A program made the translations under genes and the position numbers. This document shows positions 57,701-60,116 of a stretch of 60,116 bases of DNA, one piece after another. Numbering within the stretch: position 1 is the stretch's first letter; the number at the start of each line of letters is the position of its first letter. This DNA comes from a virus. Lineage: Duplodnaviria > Caudoviricetes. The stretch covers positions 1 to 60,116 of IMG/VR virus record IMGVR_UViG_3300031974_004257; one strand, 5' to 3'. The notes under the pieces were generated by a model. That model saw only the letters and a list, made by a program, of their open reading frames with translations, was not told the origin of the DNA and ran no database searches.

Positions 57701-58040
57701 GTCCAAATATTCTTTCTTTTTCCTCATCTGATAAGGCTTCAACTGCTTTTTCAAAAGTAGCAAAACCACCAGTAAAAGCTTTTTCTAGTCCTCCACGTCC
57801 AGCGAACTTCTGAGCCAGACCCACGGCATCTAATCCACCAGCCTTAAGGTTCCCTTTATTTCGGGCACCCTTAGCCTTACCCTCTGGAATAGAATAGGAT
57901 AGAAATAGGTTTTGACCATCTACTTTCTCTTCAGCAGTCAGTTCACCATTAGCAGCAGCCTGAAGGATTTCCTTCATTTCACCGAATGTAAGATCCCTAT
58001 TTTCATAGAGATGATCCATGTGACCAGCTACGCCACCCAT
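54783..58040 (-). CDS. Multidomain protein: KxDG ligase-like domain, nuclease-like domain and HxGH nucleotidyltransferase
   Basis: 1085 aa. N-terminal HMDHLYE, EEKVDGQN, NAEV, VEAVVF..YKF; central GFVFEGFLAALL...IQDL...VSLKLL; C-terminal LFPGKFKPPHRGH and SARDMRKA. Confidence 0.7.
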   Translation of the reverse strand: MGGVAGHMDHLYENRDLTFGEMKEILQAAANGELTAEEKVDGQNLFLSYSIPEGKAKGARNKGNLKAGGLDAVGLAQKFAGRGGLEKAFTGGFATFEKAVEALSDEEKERIFGPNTNIWYNAEVMDPGNANVILYDDKTLKIHDVGHFVFDRNTGEQSPIPKGTLRTLDNALERMEAQLHDDDFNLARQALIDIKKIEDDGNALNRVMTRIHDEMRKEGLNNDSTVLDYTFKRLMNGIDSEISTDLKEEIVNYLLKLPGNIGLRALKKGLSPEDLGDLNSIISAKKSLLQQAVEPLENAIHDFTVELLKGLKSIFIADNDKEVMRLKSELANAVKEITAVGSENPEAMAIMQRHLNKIKDFSTITTPVEAVVFDYNGHTYKFAGNFAPLNQILGMFRYGNLKRSTKESLVADKPIITEKENNIKADRATKFVLSLPKFTPTEKWGDPDSMERKQIQKIFATVSGGANIEARLADLKRRVSEDIKMTSPRRIISTLIMLESLSAVIRSFSASASGFVFEGFLAALLGGKQEAEVSAKGNLPIQDLIAFSDIGAEYEVPVSLKLLRKKGGIHGSYTNLIDSLNEFPDGMMYIVTRKLGDEIAIEQFKITRDNVFELLTAGRGQKAQDELFGIGTKPASTTLWNLKRKKTWEEKYAIYQMTNGYNAVQREKDLAKAQADLKRREEDEAAMASQGDQIVTQEEGKRIITVEENRKMMEQYLLTESKTGGKQWVISAAQLPKFNTKLSFYKELGTLPISPDRIIKIASQHMDALSKSVEDIFQSTKDLSDNIDNYFTYGDRSQAIDAGTKAIKDSEIIAKEMTQQVSQDREAPAQRNESLNNTTQVITEKEGKRIALFPGKFKPPHRGHFDYVNKIAKRPDVDEVIVLISPVDYPEVSNAQSLRIWEEYLENGEPNITAKIADYRSPVQAVYEFVADPESASDGDTVLLVKSSKDVGDTRFDRAQSYAERHNPGVNVEDIVEDPVQSKDGIVYSARDMRKAIADGDKETFLSYTPPSIDGDALWDSLVSPSRRLNSFIDDSIDEISTMAAGDVSGGGAIGFGPPNTYDPYKKRSKTSRPKVRRAKRQRRR

Positions 58041-58279
58041 TACTTATCCTCTGTTAGTACTTTTAGTTCTTCTTCTAGGGCACTTACACGCTCATTTAGA
58101 GATCTTACATGACGTTTAATAGATCGTATGTGCTCTTTTGCTAGTTGGACTCTTCCCGAGTCTCTTTTGTTTGTAACTCTAATACTTGATACAATATCGT
58201 AAAGAGCCTGTACAGAAGCCCCAGCATCAACTTTAAATTCTTCATTCAGAAGAAATTTTTTAGTTATTTTTCTTAGCAC
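58040..58279 (-). CDS. Small coiled-coil hypothetical protein
   Basis: 79 aa, GTG start, TAATG-coupled to the 1085-aa gene. C-terminal heptads. Confidence 0.65.
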   Translation of the reverse strand: MLRKITKKFLLNEEFKVDAGASVQALYDIVSSIRVTNKRDSGRVQLAKEHIRSIKRHVRSLNERVSALEEELKVLTEDK

Positions 58280-58439
58280 TTGTCTTTTTCGCTTTCTTTA
58301 CAGCTTTAGGTTCTGCCTTGGGTGCAGGTGATGCTTTAACTTCAGCAGTAGCCGGTGCCGGTGCCGACTCAGCGGCTTTAGCTGCTTTAGCTGCGACTCT
58401 GGCAGCTTTTCTCATTCTTCTCACTCGTGGGCTTGCCAT
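58260..58439 (-). CDS. Small basic Ala/Lys/Pro-rich protein
   Basis: Start revised to MASPRVRRMRKAAR (58439) after SD AGGAGG. 59 aa with AAKAAKAA, PAPKAEPKAVKKAKK. Confidence 0.7.
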   Translation of the reverse strand: MASPRVRRMRKAARVAAKAAKAAESAPAPATAEVKASPAPKAEPKAVKKAKKTSAKKNN

Positions 58440-58499
58440 TTTATATCCTCCTAAAATAGACAAATTAAGTATAGTAAATAGTGTGGAAAATAGTCTTTT

Positions 58500-58811
58500 T
58501 TAATCATCCCTTGGATCAGTGGCTTTTTCAACAAAAAAGCCACCATCTCTAACGTCTAAACGATAAATCGAATATTGACCAAGTTCATCAGTTCCATTTA
58601 GATAAAGATAACTAGCGGAACCAGAAACAAAAAGACTATTATTTTGAGTCACCAAAGTTTCTCCATCGGAGGAGATATTAAACTCGCTTAAGACACCAAC
58701 ACTCTGGTTTTGAACATTAGCCATCTGAACTTCTAGAGCAGACACTTTTTTTAAAAGTGTTGAGTTATCGTTGGTTGGATCTACTGATCCAAGTATTCTC
58801 CTTCTTGCCAT
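58500..58811 (-). CDS. Hypothetical protein (possible virion component)
   Basis: 103 aa, SD GGAG; short coiled coil followed by beta-rich segment. Confidence 0.65.
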   Translation of the reverse strand: MARRRILGSVDPTNDNSTLLKKVSALEVQMANVQNQSVGVLSEFNISSDGETLVTQNNSLFVSGSASYLYLNGTDELGQYSIYRLDVRDGGFFVEKATDPRDD

Positions 58812-58825
58812 AATGTTGTCTCCAT

Positions 58826-59266
58826 TTATTCAGTTCCATCAAAACCTAAATCAGCATTGTAATCTGCGATTGGGTAATGCCTAATTACATAACCCATCAT
58901 ATTAATAGTGCCAGCAATATTTGCCCATGCTGTAATGGCAGAACCTTTATGGGGAACTCCAGGATATATTTGTACAAGTCCAGCCTCGGAAGTTATGTCA
59001 TTTGCTAGGACTAATACATCATCAACAGCAACATATACTTTTGTATTGACAGATCCACTAGCGAAACACCATAAATAAACTTCATCAATTCCATTATTAC
59101 CACATTGGTGGATAGTGGTAGGGTTTCCAGATCCCGACGCTAACGTTATTGGGCCATTTGATGTACCCGCTCCAGACAATGTAAACTTAGCATGAGCTAC
59201 GGGACTGATAACTGAAATGCTATTCTGTTCAGAGGGGGTACTTGGTTGATTTCCTAGTTTGGTCAT
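58826..59266 (-). CDS. Hypothetical beta-rich protein (possible virion decoration)
   Basis: 146 aa, SD AGGAG, S/G/T-rich. Confidence 0.65.
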   Translation of the reverse strand: MTKLGNQPSTPSEQNSISVISPVAHAKFTLSGAGTSNGPITLASGSGNPTTIHQCGNNGIDEVYLWCFASGSVNTKVYVAVDDVLVLANDITSEAGLVQIYPGVPHKGSAITAWANIAGTINMMGYVIRHYPIADYNADLGFDGTE

Positions 59267-59303
59267 AGAAGACTCCTAATGCTTCTATAAATACTATTCT
59301 AAA

Positions 59304-59495
59304 TTAGATTTTTTCGTCTCCAAAGAGATTTACTACTTCAATGCCTCTCACAACCTTGTTATTTTTAGACTCATCAACGCTTAGAGGCTGTTCTTCAAGG
59401 GGAAGTTCTAGGACGAGTTCTTTGGTAGCCGGCTTCTTGGCTGGCTCTTTCTTACGGTAAACTGAAACAACTACTGGTTTGTAATTGTTGGGCAT
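59304..59495 (-). CDS. Small hypothetical protein
   Basis: 63 aa, SD AGGGGA; fills the gap between co-oriented genes. Confidence 0.55.
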   Translation of the reverse strand: MPNNYKPVVVSVYRKKEPAKKPATKELVLELPLEEQPLSVDESKNNKVVRGIEVVNLFGDEKI

Positions 59496-59511
59496 TTTAT
59501 TCCCCTAGGAT

Positions 59512-60116
59512 TTACAGAGGTTCAAAACCTCCTTGTTGTTTTTCTTCGACGTTTCCTATGTGAAAATATTCATGTAAGTTGTTATGTAGGTTTTGCATCA
59601 TTTTAATCATGTAAGAATCTGTTTTATCTGCCTTATTATTCATTTTCTGCCAGACTTCCATCTCTGCTTTAGCAACAGAGTTTCGAAGGAAGACCTTAAT
59701 CGCCAGGAGAGGCGAGGCAACACCAATGTTTTCCATTGAGCGATAACCAGCAAAAATGTTACCAATGATTTCATTGTTGATGTTCATGATAGGAGAGCCA
59801 CTACTCCCAGGCTTTGTAGGCATACTATACATTGCATAGCCTTCTGGAGAATAACCTGTGAAGTATCCATCAAAAGATAGAACCATTCTTGGGAAGACAA
59901 TACCGTGAGGAGCAGCCATGTTGTAAGCAACTTCGCCTCTTTTTGGTCTTTCTTTTGCTACCCTAAGAACTGGTGGCTTGATAAGAACAGTGCGAACTCT
60001 TAATAGGCAGAGGTCCCATCTCTTGTCGATCGCTACAACTTCAGCCTTATATTTAAAGCCGTTGTAATCAACGAGTGTGAATTTCTGTCCCATATGTGTG
60101 ACTTTTACACCTTCTA
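59512..60116 (-). CDS. Trypsin-like serine protease (S1/Trypsin_2), 5'-truncated
   Basis: DLCLL (catalytic Asp) and PGSSGSPI (catalytic Ser). The frame stays open from 60093 to the window edge, so the catalytic His probably lies outside. Confidence 0.8.
   Translation of the reverse strand, partial: EGVKVTHMGQKFTLVDYNGFKYKAEVVAIDKRWDLCLLRVRTVLIKPPVLRVAKERPKRGEVAYNMAAPHGIVFPRMVLSFDGYFTGYSPEGYAMYSMPTKPGSSGSPIMNINNEIIGNIFAGYRSMENIGVASPLLAIKVFLRNSVAKAEMEVWQKMNNKADKTDSYMIKMMQNLHNNLHEYFHIGNVEEKQQGGFEPL

Noticed and set aside
1041-58503. The many short plus-strand ORFs and nested minus-strand ORFs (60-138 aa) in the ORF track
   Set aside because: Nearly all lie within or across long motif-bearing minus-strand genes and have no recognisable motifs. 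They are best explained as shadow ORFs.
1-60116. Stop-codon reassignment as in some huge phages
   Set aside because: ORFs up to 2186 aa are intact in the standard code, and TAA, TAG and TGA all end genes at sensible, tightly packed boundaries.

Overview
This window is a fragment of a large tailed bacteriophage genome (contractile-tail type, probably a jumbo or huge phage). Essentially every real gene is on the minus strand, in the standard bacterial code, with Shine-Dalgarno sites and many TAATG/ATGA couplings. In transcription order (right to left) there are four blocks. (1) 60116-53996: a truncated trypsin-like protease, small hypothetical and basic proteins, a 1085-aa fusion protein (KxDG ligase-like domain, nuclease-like domain, HxGH nucleotidyltransferase, joined by duplicated ESLx6ITEKE linkers) and an acidic protein. 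(2) 53848-50591: a complete phage tmRNA (tag ANDDFQLAQAA) with its own sigma70-type promoter and terminator, then PIN-PhoH, an HEXXH metalloprotease and a Cas4/RecB-like nuclease. (3) 50580-34089: a ~16.5-kb, 19-gene island of soluble glycosylation enzymes, including NeuB(+cupin), NeuA, a GT29 sialyltransferase with all four sialylmotifs, RfbB/FdtA/DegT, and several glycosyl- and methyltransferases. (4) 34087-1: small genes, a gp55-like late sigma factor and a ~32-kb baseplate/tail module (M23 peptidase, gp25, gp6-like wedge, LamG-like and other giant virion proteins). The strongest candidate for an undescribed system is a phage-encoded nonulosonic-acid (sialic-like) glycosylation pathway beside virion proteins rich in a [ST]-[GAS]-[ST] motif. 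All protein calls come from motif recognition by eye; no database search was run.
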